DNA of 64,000 nt from the human T2T-CHM13v2.0 reference genome, Homo sapiens (GCF_009914755.1 NC_060933.1), one strand, 5' to 3'. Numbered from the stretch's first letter, positions 13,098-26,088 are shown. Notes: generated by a model from the letters alone, not told the origin. Translations and numbers: made by a program.

Positions 13098-14035
13098 TCT
13101 CTGCACAAAATTGGAGGATGGCCTAAGCTTCTAATCCAGAAGGGTAAGCACTCTAAGTGCCTGGAGCTCTGTATAGGCATGGAGCAGAGAGGATCCCCTG
13201 AACCAAGATCTCTGAACAGGAGGGTTGGGTGACAGACTGATTAACCAGGCATGCATGTGCTTTGAATTTCTGGAGATCTGTTTGGGCCTGAAGCAGAGAG
13301 GGACTTGCTGCACCATGATCTATGTCCAAGGAGGGTGGGGTGGCTCAGGCTGTTGAACCAGATGAGTGGTTGCTCCAAATGCCTGGCATTCTGCCTGGGT
13401 ATGAAGCAGAGAGATTATCCCTGTACCAGGATCTCTGCACAGGAAGGGTGGGGCAGGTCAGGTTGCTGATCCAGATGAATGGTGCCCTGAATGCCTGGAT
13501 ATCTGCTTGTGCAGGTGCTCCTAATGCCTAGAGATCTGCCTGAGCATGTAGTAGAGAGGTGTGCCAGGATATCTGCACAGGAAAAGTGGGACAGCTTAGC
13601 CTGCTAATCCAGGTGAGCTGGTGCTCTGAACACCTGGAGATCTGTGAGGGTGGGGCACAGAGAAAGCCCTACTGTACCAAGATCTAGGTCCAGGAAGGGT
13701 GAGGCAGTTCAGGCTGCTGAACCAAGTAAATGAGTGCTTTAAATGCCTGGAGACAGATACCTGCCTGGGCATGGAGAAGAGAAAACTCCACTTCATTGCA
13801 GTCTATGTCCAGGAAGGGTAGGGTGGCTCAGTCTGCTGAACAAGTCAAACAGGTGCTCTGAATTCTTAAATATCTGCTTGGGTGTGGAGAAGACAGAGCC
13901 TCTCTGCAACATGATCTATTTCCAGGAAGGGTGGGGCAGCTCAAGCTGCTGGTCCAGGGAAGTGAATGCTCCAAATGCCTGGATTTCAGCCTAGGGGTGG
14001 AACAGAGAGGGCCCCCCAATGAGCTACAATCTCAG
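13098..14035. repeat. ~113-bp diverged tandem array (~8 units) within the L1 5'UTR
   Basis: Units start at about 13098, 13211, 13321, 13434, 13572, 13685, 13804 and 13917. Shared core: 'caggaagggtggggcagctcaggctgctga...aatgcctggagatctgcctggg...gcagagag...gatc'. Confidence 0.85.
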
Positions 14036-14889
14036 GAGAGCAGGGTAGGGAATCCAGCAATGGCACATATCAATCAGTTCCAGGTTGTCAAGCTGGCCCT
14101 GGCAGCAAATCTTGCCACTTAGGAGAAATTACAGCTGTAGCAGGTCTCCTCCTGCCCCAGGGTTGTGATAGGGGAAAAACACAATTTTTGCCTTACTGCT
14201 GAGGCATTTTCCAGAGTTCTGGCTGTGGAGGCCCTTACCACACTGAGAGCGGGTGCTCCCTGGCCTGAGACTAAAATGCCTGTGTAGCCACACTGCTGTG
14301 TCGACAAAGAATGGCTGACTTTGTACACATTCAGATTAAAAATGGCATCCTGCTCTCACTTCTGGGTCTGGACTGAGACCCTGGACTGAAAGTGTATGCA
14401 AGTTTTCATGGTATCTTTCTTTACAGCATCTCTAAGCCTCTCAGCCTCTTCCCAAGTTAGCTCCAGGGTGTGGGAGACACAAAGTGCTTTCCCTCAGCCT
14501 GGGTTGCTCAGATCCACAGTGGAAAGGTGAGTTCCAGAGGGAGGCTGTCTTCCTCTCTCACATGCTGGAGCTTAACTCACTTTTATCAACTGAACACCAC
14601 AGAGGCTGTTTGCTGGTGTTCTGCTCTCTGGGATCTGAATGAGAAGAAGTAAGTCATGTTCAAAGAATTGAGAGAAATTCTACATATCCTAAAGATAGAA
14701 TGTAAGTTTGAAAGTAATGTGTGTGTGTGATAAGAATAAAGCTAGATATACAATTTTTCACATTAATTAGGCCTTTAGTGAACTATAGGTAAAGTGATCA
14801 TCTGACAACTGTTATGTATTCATGGCCAGGCAGGAGATTCTCATCAGAATCCTTTTAAGGCAGAAGGATGCAACATTTTGAAGACAATT

Positions 14890-15080
14890 TTTTTCCAATT
14901 TTTTTTGTAGTAAAGTACACATAGCATAAAATTTACCATCTTAATCATTTTAAGTCTACAGTTTAGTGGTACTAAATACACCCACAGTGTTGTACAATAA
15001 TTACTACCATCCATGTGATAACTCATCTTGTAAAACTGAAACTCTGTATCCATTAAAAATCACTCCCACTTCTACCCTAC
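14890..15080 (-). mobile_element. L1MB-type 3' end fragment
   Basis: 'cataaaatttaccatcttaatcattttaagtctacagtttagtgg...aactgaaactctgtatccatt'. The same family signature occurs at 60712-61200. Confidence 0.75.
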
Positions 15081-15084
15081 TCTG

Positions 15085-15550
15085 CTCAACTTGCTCACAT
15101 AGGAGACTTAAGCCCTAGGAGAACTGTTGGTCCTGAACTCTGCAGGGTGGTATGACCCATCAGATAACTTGGTCTGACCTGAGCACCCCTTGGTCTTCTG
15201 GCCTGTCCTAGGAACAAAGTCTGACCATGCTTGCCTTCAAGGCAGCCTCAGAAGCCCTGGGGGCCTGCATCATAGCTTCTGCACTGATGGACTGTGCCTG
15301 AACAGTGAAGAACTTCAGCAGGGTGTCCCCCATGGCTATGCACCAGCCCACACACTTCTTCACCCCACTGCAGCTTCTTCTGGGCCCATGGCAACTCCAC
15401 ATCACTTTGCTCGCACATGTCTGCGTGGGTGACTTTTGCTTTCCTTGCTCTGCCAGCATGTGACTGTTTGTGCACCCTGCCTTGCCACTGCTACAATAGG
15501 ATGAAGCCCATCCCCTCACCCCTGCCAACAGCCATAGCAAGCAGAGCCCC
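15085..15550 (+). mobile_element. Probable old primate L1 (L1P) 5'UTR fragment
   Basis: GC-richer segment ('ccactgcagcttc...ggcccatggcaactccacatcactttgct...ttttgctttccttgctctgccagcatg') resembling L1P 5'UTR sequence from memory. Confidence 0.45.
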
Positions 15551-15554
15551 TTTG

Positions 15555-17736
15555 TCTACCACCATAATTGGATGCTTCTTGAGGCCTCTGAGAAGTAGAG
15601 GTTGCTATGCTTACTGTACAGCCTGGAGAACCATGAGCCAATTAAACCTCTTTTCTTATAAATTACCCAGTCTCAGGTACTTTTTGTAGCAGTGCAAGAA
15701 TAGCCTAGCATAAAGTTGATACTAACAGTGGGGAATCACTACAAAGATGCTTGAAAATGTGGAAGCAGGTTTGGAACTGGGTAACAGGCAGAAGTTGTAA
15801 GAGTTTGGAGGGCTCAAAAGAAGACACAAAGATCAGGGAACGTTTAAAACTTCTTAGAGACTGGTTAAATGGTTATGACCAAAATGCTGATAGTGATATG
15901 AACAGTGAATTCCAGGTTGCCGAGGTCTCAGATGGAAATGAGGAACTTATTGGGAACTGAAGCTCAGGTCATGCATGTTATGTTTTAGCAAATAGTTTGG
16001 CTGCATTCTGTTCATGCCCTAGGGATCTGTGGAAGTGTGAACTTCATAGTGACAGAGTATGTGGCAGAAGAAATTTCTAAGCAACAAATTGTTTATGATG
16101 TGTCCTGGCTGCTCCTAACAGCCTGTACACAGACACATGAGCAAAGGAATGACTTACATTTGGAAGTTATATTTTAAAAAGAAGCAGAGCAAAAATATTT
16201 GGAAAATTTACAGCCTGTCCATGGGGCAGAGAAAGAAAAAGCTTTTAATTCAAGCAGGCTGTGGAGCAATTTCTTGCTAGAGAATTTGCCCAACTAAATG
16301 GGAGCCAAGTGCTAATATCCAAGACAGTGGGAGAAGACCTTGAAGATATTTTAGAGGTCTTCGCAGCAGCCCCTCCCATCACAGGTCCAGAGGCCTAGAA
16401 GAGAAGAATGGCTTCATGCGCCTGGCTCAGGACCCTGCTTCCCTTTACAGCATCAAGACACAGCTCACCACATCTTAGCTACTCAGTCTCCAGCCTCATC
16501 TCAAAGGGGCCCAGGTACAGCTCTGGACACAGTTCCAGAAGGTGCAAGCTATAAGCCTTGGCAGCTTCCACATGGTGTTAAGCCTGTGAGTGCACAATGT
16601 GCAAGAGTTGAGGCTTGGGAGCCTCTGCCTAGATTTCAGAGGATGTATGGAAAAGCCTGGGTGACCAGGCAGAAGGCTATTGCAAGATTGGAGCCCCCAC
16701 AGAGAACCTCTACTAAGGCATTGCCAAGGGAAACTTTGGGTTTGAGCTCACATACAGAGTCCTCACTGGGGCACTGCCTAGTGGAGTTGTGAGAAGAAAG
16801 CCACTATCCTTCAGACCCCAGAATGGTAGATCCACCGGTGGCTTGCACCCTCAACCTGGAAAAGCAACCAGCATTCAACTTCAACCCACTGGAGCAGGCC
16901 TAGGGGCTGAACCCTGAAAAGCCCCAGGAATGGAGCTGCCCAAATCCTTGGGAACCCACCCTTTGCATCAGTATGCCCTGGATATGGGACATTGAACAAA
17001 ATGAGATTATTTTGGAGCTTTAAGAATGAATAATTTCCCTGCTGGGTTTTGAAATTTCATGGGGCCTGTAGCCCCTTTCTTTTGGCTGATTTCTTCCTTT
17101 TGGAATGGGAATATTTACTCAATGCCTACTCGCAATGTATATTTTAAGTAAATAACTTGTTTTATTTCACAGGCTTATAGCTGGAAGGGACTTAACTCAG
17201 ACGAGACTTTGAACTTTGGACTTTTAAGTTAATGCAGGGGTGAGTGAAGACTTTGGGGGACTTTTGGAAAGGCATGATTGTATTTTGCAATGTAAGAAGG
17301 TCATGAGATTTGGGAGGGGCCAGGGGCAGAATGATGTAGTTTGGATATTTGTCCACACCCAAATCTCATGTCAAATTGTAATCCCCAGTGCCGGAGGTGG
17401 GGCCTGGTGGGAGATGTTTGGATCATGGGAACAGATCCCTCATGGCTTGGTGCTGTATTTGTGATAGTAAGTTCTCATGAGATCTGGTCATTAAAAAGTG
17501 TGTGGCATCTCCTTCCGTGACTCTTTTTCACTCTTACTCCTGTTATTGCCATGTGATGTGACTGCTCACCTATGCCTCTCATCATAATTGGAAGCTTCCT
17601 GAGGACTCCCCAGAAGCAGATGGCATTAAGCTTCCTGTACTGCCTGCAGAACCATGAGCCAATTGTATCTCTTTTCTTATAAATTGCCTAGTCTCAAGTT
17701 TTTTTTTTTATAGCAGTGCAAGAATGACCTGATAAA
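15555..17736 (+). mobile_element. MST (MSTA/MSTB-like) MaLR provirus with truncated 5' LTR (15555-15712), internal 15713-17331, 3' LTR 17332-17736
   Basis: LTR 3' motif 'gaaccatgagccaattaaacctcttttcttataaattacccagtctcagg'. Internal ORF remnant MWKQVWNWVTGR...LEGSKEDTKIRERLKLLRDWLNG is homologous to 8338-8550 on the minus strand. The 3' LTR starts 'tgatgtagtttggatatttgt'. Confidence 0.88.
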
Positions 17737-17739
17737 CTT

Positions 17740-20700
17740 ACTTGTTCACTTTTGCTTATTTTTCTTGAATGTTTGAAGTATTATTTTAAAAACTTTTGCT
17801 CACTTGTCATTTAAGGCATTTAAGATATGATTTCTTTTAGTATTGTCAGTTTGGGATTTTACATTTAACTCTTTAAGTCAGTTTTCAAATATGTTCAGAA
17901 ATAGAGGTTTAGTTTTATTCTTATGAATGTGGATATCCAATTTTTGAATCATTTATTGAAGAGACTGTATTTCCTTCAGTATATGTTCTTGGAATCTTTG
18001 TAAAAAATAATTTCACTGTAGGTATGTGATTTTTATTTCTGGTCTCTCTTTTGTTCCATGGTCCATGTGTCCAATTTTATGTTGGTACTATGCTGTTTGG
18101 ATTATTATACCTTTGTAGTATAGTAATGTGATGTCACCAGCTTTTTTGTTGTTGTTGTTGTTGTCATTTTAGGATTTTTTTCTATTTCTGTGAAGAATTT
18201 CATTTATATTTTGATATCAAATCAAATAGGGATTCCATGAAATCTGTAAATTGCTTTGGGTAGCATGGTCATCTAACAATATTAATTCTTCCCATTCATG
18301 AATGTAAGATATCTTTTCATTTCTCTGTCTTCAATTTCTTTCATCAATATTTTATAGTATTCAGTGTAAAGATCTTTCACCTCCTTGTTTAAGTTTATTC
18401 CTAGGTATCTTATTTACTTATTTATTTTGAAATCTATTTCAAATAGAAATAGATTTCCTATTGAAATTGGAATTATTTTCTTGATTTTTTTTTCAGATTG
18501 TTTGCTACTAGTGTACAGAAATGATTCTGATATTTTTATGTTGATTTAATATTCTGCAACTTTACTGACTTTGTTTATTAGTTCTGATAGATATTTGTTG
18601 AAATCTTTAGGGTATTATCTCTATAAGATCATGCTATCTGCAAACAGGAACAATTTGACTTCCTTTTTTTCCAATTAGGATTTCTTCTATTTCTCCTCTT
18701 GTCTAATTGCTCTGGCGAGGACTTCCTCTACTATATTGAATAGAAGTGGTAATAGTGGACATCATTTTCTTATTCATGATCTTAGAGAGAAACCTTCAGC
18801 TTTTTCCATTCAGTGTGATATTATCTGTGGGTTTGTCATATACAGTCATTACTTTATTGAGATAATACCTTCTATACCTTATTGAGAATTTTTAAATGAT
18901 AAAGCAGTGTTAAATTTTGTCAAATGCTTTTTATATACGTATTGAAATGATCATATGGTCTTTGTCTTTCTTCTTTTTAATGTGATGTATCACATTTTTT
19001 GTGTGTTTATGTTGAACCATCTTTGCATTCCTAGATGAATTCCATTTGATCATGGTAAATGATCTTTTTAATGAGTGGTTGAATTCAGTTTGCTGGTATA
19101 TTGTTGAGAATGTTTGCATCTGTTCATCAGGGATATTGGCCTGCAGCTTTTTCTTGTGTTGTTGTGTTCTGATTTATTTTTGGAATCAGGATATTGCTTG
19201 CCTTGTAACATTAGTTTGGAAGTATTTCTTCTTCAATTTTTTTCTGAAATAATTTGAGAAGAATTATTGGATTATTATTGAAATATTATTGAAATAATTG
19301 GTATTAGATCTTCTTTAAACGTTTGGTAGAATTCAGCAGTGAAGCTGTCAATTCCTAATTTTTTTTTTTGTAGGGGAGATGGAAGACTTTTTGTTATTTA
19401 TTAAATTTCCTCACATAATACTCATTTGTTCAGATTTTCAATTTTTTAAAATAATTCAATTTTAATAGGTTGTGTGTCTCTAGGAATTTATCCATTTCTT
19501 CTATGCTTTCAAATTTATTGGTATATAGTTTATATTAGTCTGCTATGATCATTTGTATTTCTGTGATGCCAGTTTTAATGTTTTCTATTTCATCTCTGAT
19601 TTTATTTATTTGGGTCTTCTCTTCCTTTTATTTAAAGTTACTGTATCTAAAGTTCTATCGTGTTCATCTCTTCAAAAAGACCACTCTTTGTTGAGTTTCT
19701 TTTTTGGTTCCTATTTTATGTATTTCCTTTTGTGCTGTATTGTTTTCTTTCTTCAAACAATTTTGCATTTAATTTGTTCTTGACTTCTTAGTTTCTTGAT
19801 TTGCAAAGTTAGGTTGTTTATTAGAAATCTTTCTTCTTTTTGCATCAATATTGCTATGAATTTCCCTTTTAAAACTGCTTTTGTTATGTCCCATAGGTTT
19901 TGGCATAATGTCTTTTCATCCTTGTCTCAAAAACTTTTTTAAACTTATTTTTAATTTATTTATTGATGTACTGTTCATTCAGAATTATGTTGTATAATTT
20001 CCATGAAAACTTTTGTAAGGTTTCAAAAATTTTTATTTTATTGATGTATAATAATGATTTATGGGGATGTATGATATTTTGATATGTGCATACAATGTGC
20101 AGTGATTAAATCCGGGTAATTGGGATTTCCACCACCTTAAATATTTATTTATTTATTTATGTTTAAAGTCTTCCAAATCTTTTTTACGCTATTTTGAAAT
20201 ATTCAATGTTATTGTTATTACAGTTACCATACTCTGCTATTGAACACTAGAACTTATTTCTTTCATCTGTTTGTATTTTTGCACCCCCTAACTGACCTCT
20301 GTTTATCCTTCATCCTCCTACCTTTCCCAGACTTGCAGTCACCATTCTACCACCTGCCTTAATGAGATAAACGTTTTAAGCTCCAATATATTAGTGAGAA
20401 CATACAATATTTGTCTTGTTTTTCCTGGCTTATTTTACTTGCAATGTCCTCTAGACTTATTCATGTTGCTGAAAATGAAAGAATTTTATTCTATTTATGA
20501 ATAAATAATGTTCTATTTCACATATATACCACATTTTCTTTATTCATCCTTTGATACACACTTAAGTTGATTCCGTGTCTTGGCCATTGTGAATAGTGCT
20601 GTAATGAACATGGGAATGCAGATATCTGTTCAACATACCGATTTTCTTCTTTTTGGATATATATCCAGTAGTGGGATTTCTGGATTATTTGATATTTCCA

Positions 20701-21156
20701 TTTTTTGTTTTTTGAGTATTGTGAATATTTCTTGCTATTGGTTTCTAGTTTTCTGCCATTATGGTTTGAAAAAAATACTTGATATGATCTATATCTTCTT
20801 AAATTTGTTAAAATTTGTTTTTTAGTCTAACATATGATATATCTTGGAGACTATTTCATGTGCACTTAAGAAGAAAGGGTATCCTGCAGCTGTTACATGG
20901 AATGTTCTGTAAATGTATGTTAGGTCAATTAGGTCTATGGTATGGGTTAAGTGCAATGTTTCTTTGTTGATTTTCTGTCTAGACTATCTTCCATAGTGGA
21001 AAGCGAACTGTTGAAGTCCTCTGCTATTATTATATTGCAGTCTATCTCTCACTTTAGATTTAATATTTTCTTCATATATTAGGATGCCTGATGTTTGGTA
21101 TATATATATATTTGCAACTGATATTTTATCTTACTGAATTATATAATAACCTTGTC

Positions 21157-21188
<32 letters not shown>

Positions 21189-23300
21189 TTTTTGCCTTAA
21201 AGTTTTACCTAGTATAAATATGGCTACTCCTCATTTTTTATTTCCATTTTCATGAAATATCTTCTTCAGTCCATTCACTTTCAATCTGTTTGTCTTCAAT
21301 GGTGAGGTGAGTCTTTTGTAGACAACATAGAGTTGGGTCTTATTTTTTTAATCCATTCAGCAATTCTATATCTTTTAATTGAAAATTTAGTTCATTTATA
21401 TTCAAGGTTCTTATTGATAGGTAATGACTTACTCCTACCATTTTGTTAGTTTTTTTGGGGTGCTCTTCTGTAGATCATTTGCTCTTTTTTTCCTTTCTTG
21501 TTTAACTCTGAGGTTTGGTGGTTTTCTGTGGTGCTAATCTTTGTTTCCTCTCTGTTCCTCATTTGTGTATCTGCTGTAATTTCTTTCTTCATGGTTACTA
21601 TGTGGCTAATATAAAAATCTTGTAGCTGTTAAGACATTATTTTAGGCTGATAATAAACTTTGGTTGCATAAAAATACTCAGGACTTTTCTCCCTTACCAC
21701 TACTTTCTGATTTGGGTTGCCTTAATTTACTTTATGTTGTGTGTGTTGCTTAGTCACTAATTGGGGTTGTTCTTTTTTTTCCTTTTTGACTTTAAACTTT
21801 TATACTAGAGGATTGAAAGGATTTTAGCACTGGGATATTCTGATTATGATTATGTATTTACCTGCAATAGTTAGCTGTATACTTTCATAATAGTAATTAT
21901 GGCTTTTTGTTTCTAGTTGTAGCATTTTCTTAAGCATTTCTCTTAAGACCAGTCTAGTAGTGACGAATTTCCTCAGTTTTGCTTGTCTGAGAAGGCCTTT
22001 AATTCTCCATTACTGAAGGAGAGCTTTGCTGGATATAGTATTCTTGGCTGACATTTTTTTTTTCTTACAGCACTTTGAATATATCATTCCACTCTCTCCT
22101 GGCATATAAAGTTTCTGCTGAGAAATATGCTGACAGTCTAATCATGATTCCTATGTGGTGACATTATTCTCTTATAACTTTAAAGTTTGTCTCTTTATCT
22201 TTGACTTTTGACGGTTTGATTACAATGTGCTTCAGAGAGATTTTCTGCGGGGAGGTGTGTCTCATTGGGAATATTTGAACTTCCTGGATCTGAATGTCCA
22301 TTTCTCTCCCAAGGCTTGGTAATTTTTCAACTATTATTTTGCTACATAGGTTTTATGTGTCTTTTCCATTTCTTCTTCCTCTTGTACACCTATAATGCAA
22401 ACTGTTTTCTACATAATTTGACGTCCCATAAGTCCTGTAATCTTTATTCTTTCTTCTTCTTATTTTTTTCCCTCTGAAGAGAATATTTCAAAATACTGTC
22501 TTCAAGTTCAGAAATTCTTTCTTCTGTTTAGTCTGCTGTTGATGTGTTAAATTGTATTTTTTTTTGTTCTTGAATTCTTTAGCTTCAAGAATTCTATTTG
22601 GTTATTTTTTATGATATCTATTTCTTGGTTGAAATCTCATTCAGATTATGAATTGTTTTCCCAATTTATAGAACTGTTTTTCTTTATTCCCTTGTATCTT
22701 ACTGATTTTTCTTAACATCATTGTTTTGAACTCCTTTCCAGACATTTCATAAATAGCCTTTTCTGTTACTGAAGACTTACTGTCTTCTTTTGGGATTGTC
22801 ACATTTTCTTGATTTTTAATGTTTTTTTTGTCTTTCTACATTGATATTTGCACATCTACTCAAACAGTCATTTTATCTAATTTTTTGGAGTCGTTTTCAT
22901 AGAAAAATACTTTTTGTGTAGGTGTGTCCCAAGATTTTGGGTAAGAATGGTGTGTTGGCTTTGGTTCTGGGTGGACTCAGTAGTGTGGACTTTCTATAGA
23001 TTCTTCAGCTATAATTTGTATCTGCAATGACTGTGATTGTCTTACTGGTCTAGGCTGTGGGAATTTGTAATGACAATGGTACAGTCTCCTATGCAGATCT
23101 GCCTGTTTCTCTGAAGGATAGGATGCCCATTGGGTTCAGGTGATGTGGTCATCTCTTTAGGCCTAGGATCTAGATAGCTGGATTATTGGTGCTGCAGGTA
23201 CCATAATGGCAGGGACTCAGGTATACAGGCAGTCAGAGGCTACTGGCTGCAAGACTCGACCCTCTCTAGCTGTGGGTCCTGCTTCAAGATGGCTGCATGC
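17740..23300 (-). mobile_element. Older L1 (L1MA/L1M-type) spanning ORF2, ORF1 and part of the 5'UTR; its own 3' end is missing
   Basis: Continuous antisense L1 homology, e.g. 'tggtagaattcagcagtgaagc' (~19325) and the ORF1 motif 'gtttctgctgagaaat' (~22111). Confidence 0.85.
20030..20716 (-). mobile_element. L1MA-type 3' fragment nested in the older L1
   Basis: A fresh L1MA 3' end ('tttatggggatgtatgatattttgatatgtgcatacaatgtgc') interrupts ORF2-region sequence, which resumes at 'ttgctattggtttctagtttt'. Confidence 0.8.
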
Positions 23301-23959
23301 CTAAGTTATTTTTTAAAACAAACACCTTAGTCCTAAATTTAGTCATTTGCAACAAATGTGCTTACTTTATTTTAACTGTTGCATAAGATCAATTCATAAT
23401 AAAGCCCAAGTGTCTCCTGACCATGGTGTACAATCATACTATGGGAAATATAGTCAAAATAAAAGTAACAATTAATCTTAGTTCTTTTCCTGGAACATTA
23501 TTGTAGAGCTTCCTCTTTTATCATGTTATTTTATTCTAAAATGTTCTTGCTTGTATTAACAATCTTAACTTTTTCCAGATAATTGTGCCATAGCACCACA
23601 TTCTGTTTAAGTAGTGAGTCTTTGTTATACTGTAAAATTGGACATACGTTTTCTGAATATGTCCTGCAAAACATCTGCTCATAACTGCAACCTCCTGGAG
23701 AATGACTCCTGCTCGATTCTTATGGTGCTATGACCCCACTCTCTAGGTGTCTTTTCCTTGGTTTGTTCTGCATTATTTTTTAAATCATGCAATGGTGGTG
23801 GAAAAGTTGTATATTTTATTTTGGGTTTTAGAAAGAAGAGTGATTTTCCAATTAAACCTAAATTGTAAAGGGTCACTTCATTGTAACAGTGCCAGTTTAT
23901 TTTCATTAAACAAAATATTGGCTGCTATAGCTATGAATGATATTATAATCCCCAAATGC

Positions 23960-24110
23960 ATTTATTCTTTCAATACATATGTAATGAGTACTTTCTGTGT
24001 GCTAGGCATTGTTCTGGTGCTTAGGATACATCTGTGAATAAAAATGTCAATAACATCTATTTCCGTATAGCTTATTTTCTAGTTAGGAGAGAAAAACAAT
24101 TCACAATAAA
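23960..24110 (-). mobile_element. L2 3' end relic
   Basis: 'ttcaatacatatgtaatgagtactttctgtgtgctaggcattgttctggtgcttaggatacatctgtgaata'. Confidence 0.7.
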
Positions 24111-24499
24111 TCAAAAAGTTCTACCTGATAGATCTGGATTAGTAGGTATATTGAAGTATATTTTAATACTAGAAAATAACAATATATTAGAAGGTTAAAA
24201 TACATTTGGGGTTTAAAAATGATATAAAGCTTGTCCAATTAAGTTATTTTTTAATCCTTAGAATCTTCCTGGGTATGGGTTTCCATATGTAAATTCTCCA
24301 AATTGTCTTCCTATATTTTGTTTTATTTAAATCAGGATTCAATCAAGCCAGTTGCTGATTTGGTTATTTCACTGAAGTATGTTAAAAGTCTCCTTTAATC
24401 TGGTATAGTGCCTTTATCTCACTCCCTTTTCCCATAGTTTGATTGAAATGTCAGTTTTCCTATAGATTATTTCACTGTAGCAAGTACTATTTTGCTCTA

Positions 24500-24941
24500 T
24501 CATATTCCTGTGGCATTCACTGTTCCCATGAATAATAACTTAGTGGCTTCCAAAAAAATCGCAACTGTCACTTTGCCTTTGAGCTTCCTTGCCTTTCCTC
24601 ACCATCAGCCATGCCAACATTCATGCCTTAGTTAACACTTCCCTCCGTCTTCACCCCTCCTCAACAGTCTTCAACCAGTGGTTGATAAGAGTAAATAATC
24701 TAGATCTCTCATTTTCATTTGGGATAACTCTGAGATATATTCTACTCTGTATTTCAGAGTCCCTTAGTGGAACTTAACCCAAGTGACTTGCAGTAGTACA
24801 TATGCTCAATAATACTCTTGTAGTGGCTTCATTGTTTTTCCATGCTTACGTTGCTCCCTCAGTTCTCTGCCAGTGATATCCCACGAATAACCTATAAACC
24901 TTTTCTCAAGGTTTTATTTTGAGGGAATCCGACCTAAGATA
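24500..24941 (+). mobile_element. LTR16-family (ERVL) solo LTR relic
   Basis: 'gggataactctgagatatattctactctgtatttcagagtccc...gagggaatccgacctaagata' matches the LTR16 3' half. Confidence 0.6.
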
Positions 24942-25727
24942 CCACTGATCTAAATTTGGTGAAATAAGTAATTCTCTTAATATCATTTATTATATTAGTC
25001 TGCTTCTATAGACTGAAAGCTAGAATAAAGGCTTTTTTAGATTCCGTGTTTTTTAGGGGGAAGGGTCAAAAATGTTTTGTAGTTAGTGCTGAGTATCTCA
25101 CATTGCATCACACCAGGAATCAAACAATGCTGGTAGTCTCACTTTTAATACATCAGTAAATTAAGATGGCAGGAGTGTGTGATTCCCTACTAGCCTTATG
25201 CCTAAAGGTTTTAAGATTCATTAATGACCATTGCCAGAATCAGTTATTTCATTAAGGATTGTAAACTGATTATTTTCTTAATTCTATTATTTCTTCAGCA
25301 TACATTACCTGAAATTCTTCTGCATTGAATAAGTTTTCTCTCATCTACTGGTGACATTTTATCTTATAATACATTTTACACCAAAAGGTAGGATAAATGC
25401 TGGAATTATCTAATATCTGAGTAAAAGATTATACCCTAACAACTTAAAATCTTGTCCAATAAATTTTATTTCTTTTTCCTTCTTCACTTTCCGCCATTCC
25501 TACTCGTCTTTCTTTCTCTTCTCTCTCCTCTCTACATTCTAATCCTGCTTTTTCTCCTTGTACTTTTCTATTCCTTCTCCTTCTTTATATTATTATAAAC
25601 CATGTCTTTTACATAATCAACATTTTAAAATCATTTTTGGATGTTAATATTGGCCCATATTTGGCCAGTGAGGGCCCTATTACTCTCCTGTTCTTTTGGC
25701 ATGATCTTGTTTTACTTTGATAGTATC

Positions 25728-26088
25728 TGCAATAGACTATATTTTTATGTTCCCCAAAATTCATATATTGAAACCTCATCCCCAGCGTGATGATATTTGA
25801 AGGTAAGGTCTTTGAGTGGTAATTAGGTCATGAGGGTAGAAGCTAAATGACTGGGATAGTGTGCTTGTCAAGAGATCCCAGAGAGATCCCTTGCCTCTTC
25901 CATCATGTGATGAGACAGAGCCTTGACATTGTCTATAAACCGGGAAGATAGACTTCAGCAGGCACCGAATCTGCCAATGCCTTAATCTGGGACCCCCTAG
26001 TCTCCAGAACTGTGAGAAATACCTTTCTGTGTTTTATAATCCATCAGTTTATGGTATTTTGTTACAGAAGCCTGAATAGACTAAGACA
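25728..26088 (+). mobile_element. MLT1A-family solo LTR
   Basis: TG...CA termini ('tgcaatagact'...'gactaagaca') with a perfect 5-bp TSD GTATC (25723-25727 / 26089-26093). Confidence 0.88.

Larger units (their letters stand above)
3831..14635 (-). mobile_element. Near full-length decayed LINE-1 (L1PA15/16-like), interrupted by an MST provirus and a retrocopy
   Basis: 3' end 'ttcaacttctattttagattcaagggctacatgtgcaggtttg' at ~3874. ORF2 remnants include [10 protein letters not shown]...[10 protein letters not shown] (5224-5559) and [10 protein letters not shown]...ENYRPI...HDDQVGFIP (6079-6402), plus EN-region remnants (10890-11183). ORF1 remnants include HKGNPVGLTADFSAETLQARKHW (11653-11856) and MRRNQHKNS (12322-12537). 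The 5'UTR runs ~12540-14635. About 6.9 kb after removing the nested inserts. Confidence 0.92.

Noticed and set aside
13098-14035. Regularly spaced repeat that could suggest a CRISPR-like array
   Set aside because: The units are homologous over their whole length with no unique spacers, there are no cas-like ORFs, and it sits in an L1 5'UTR of primate DNA.
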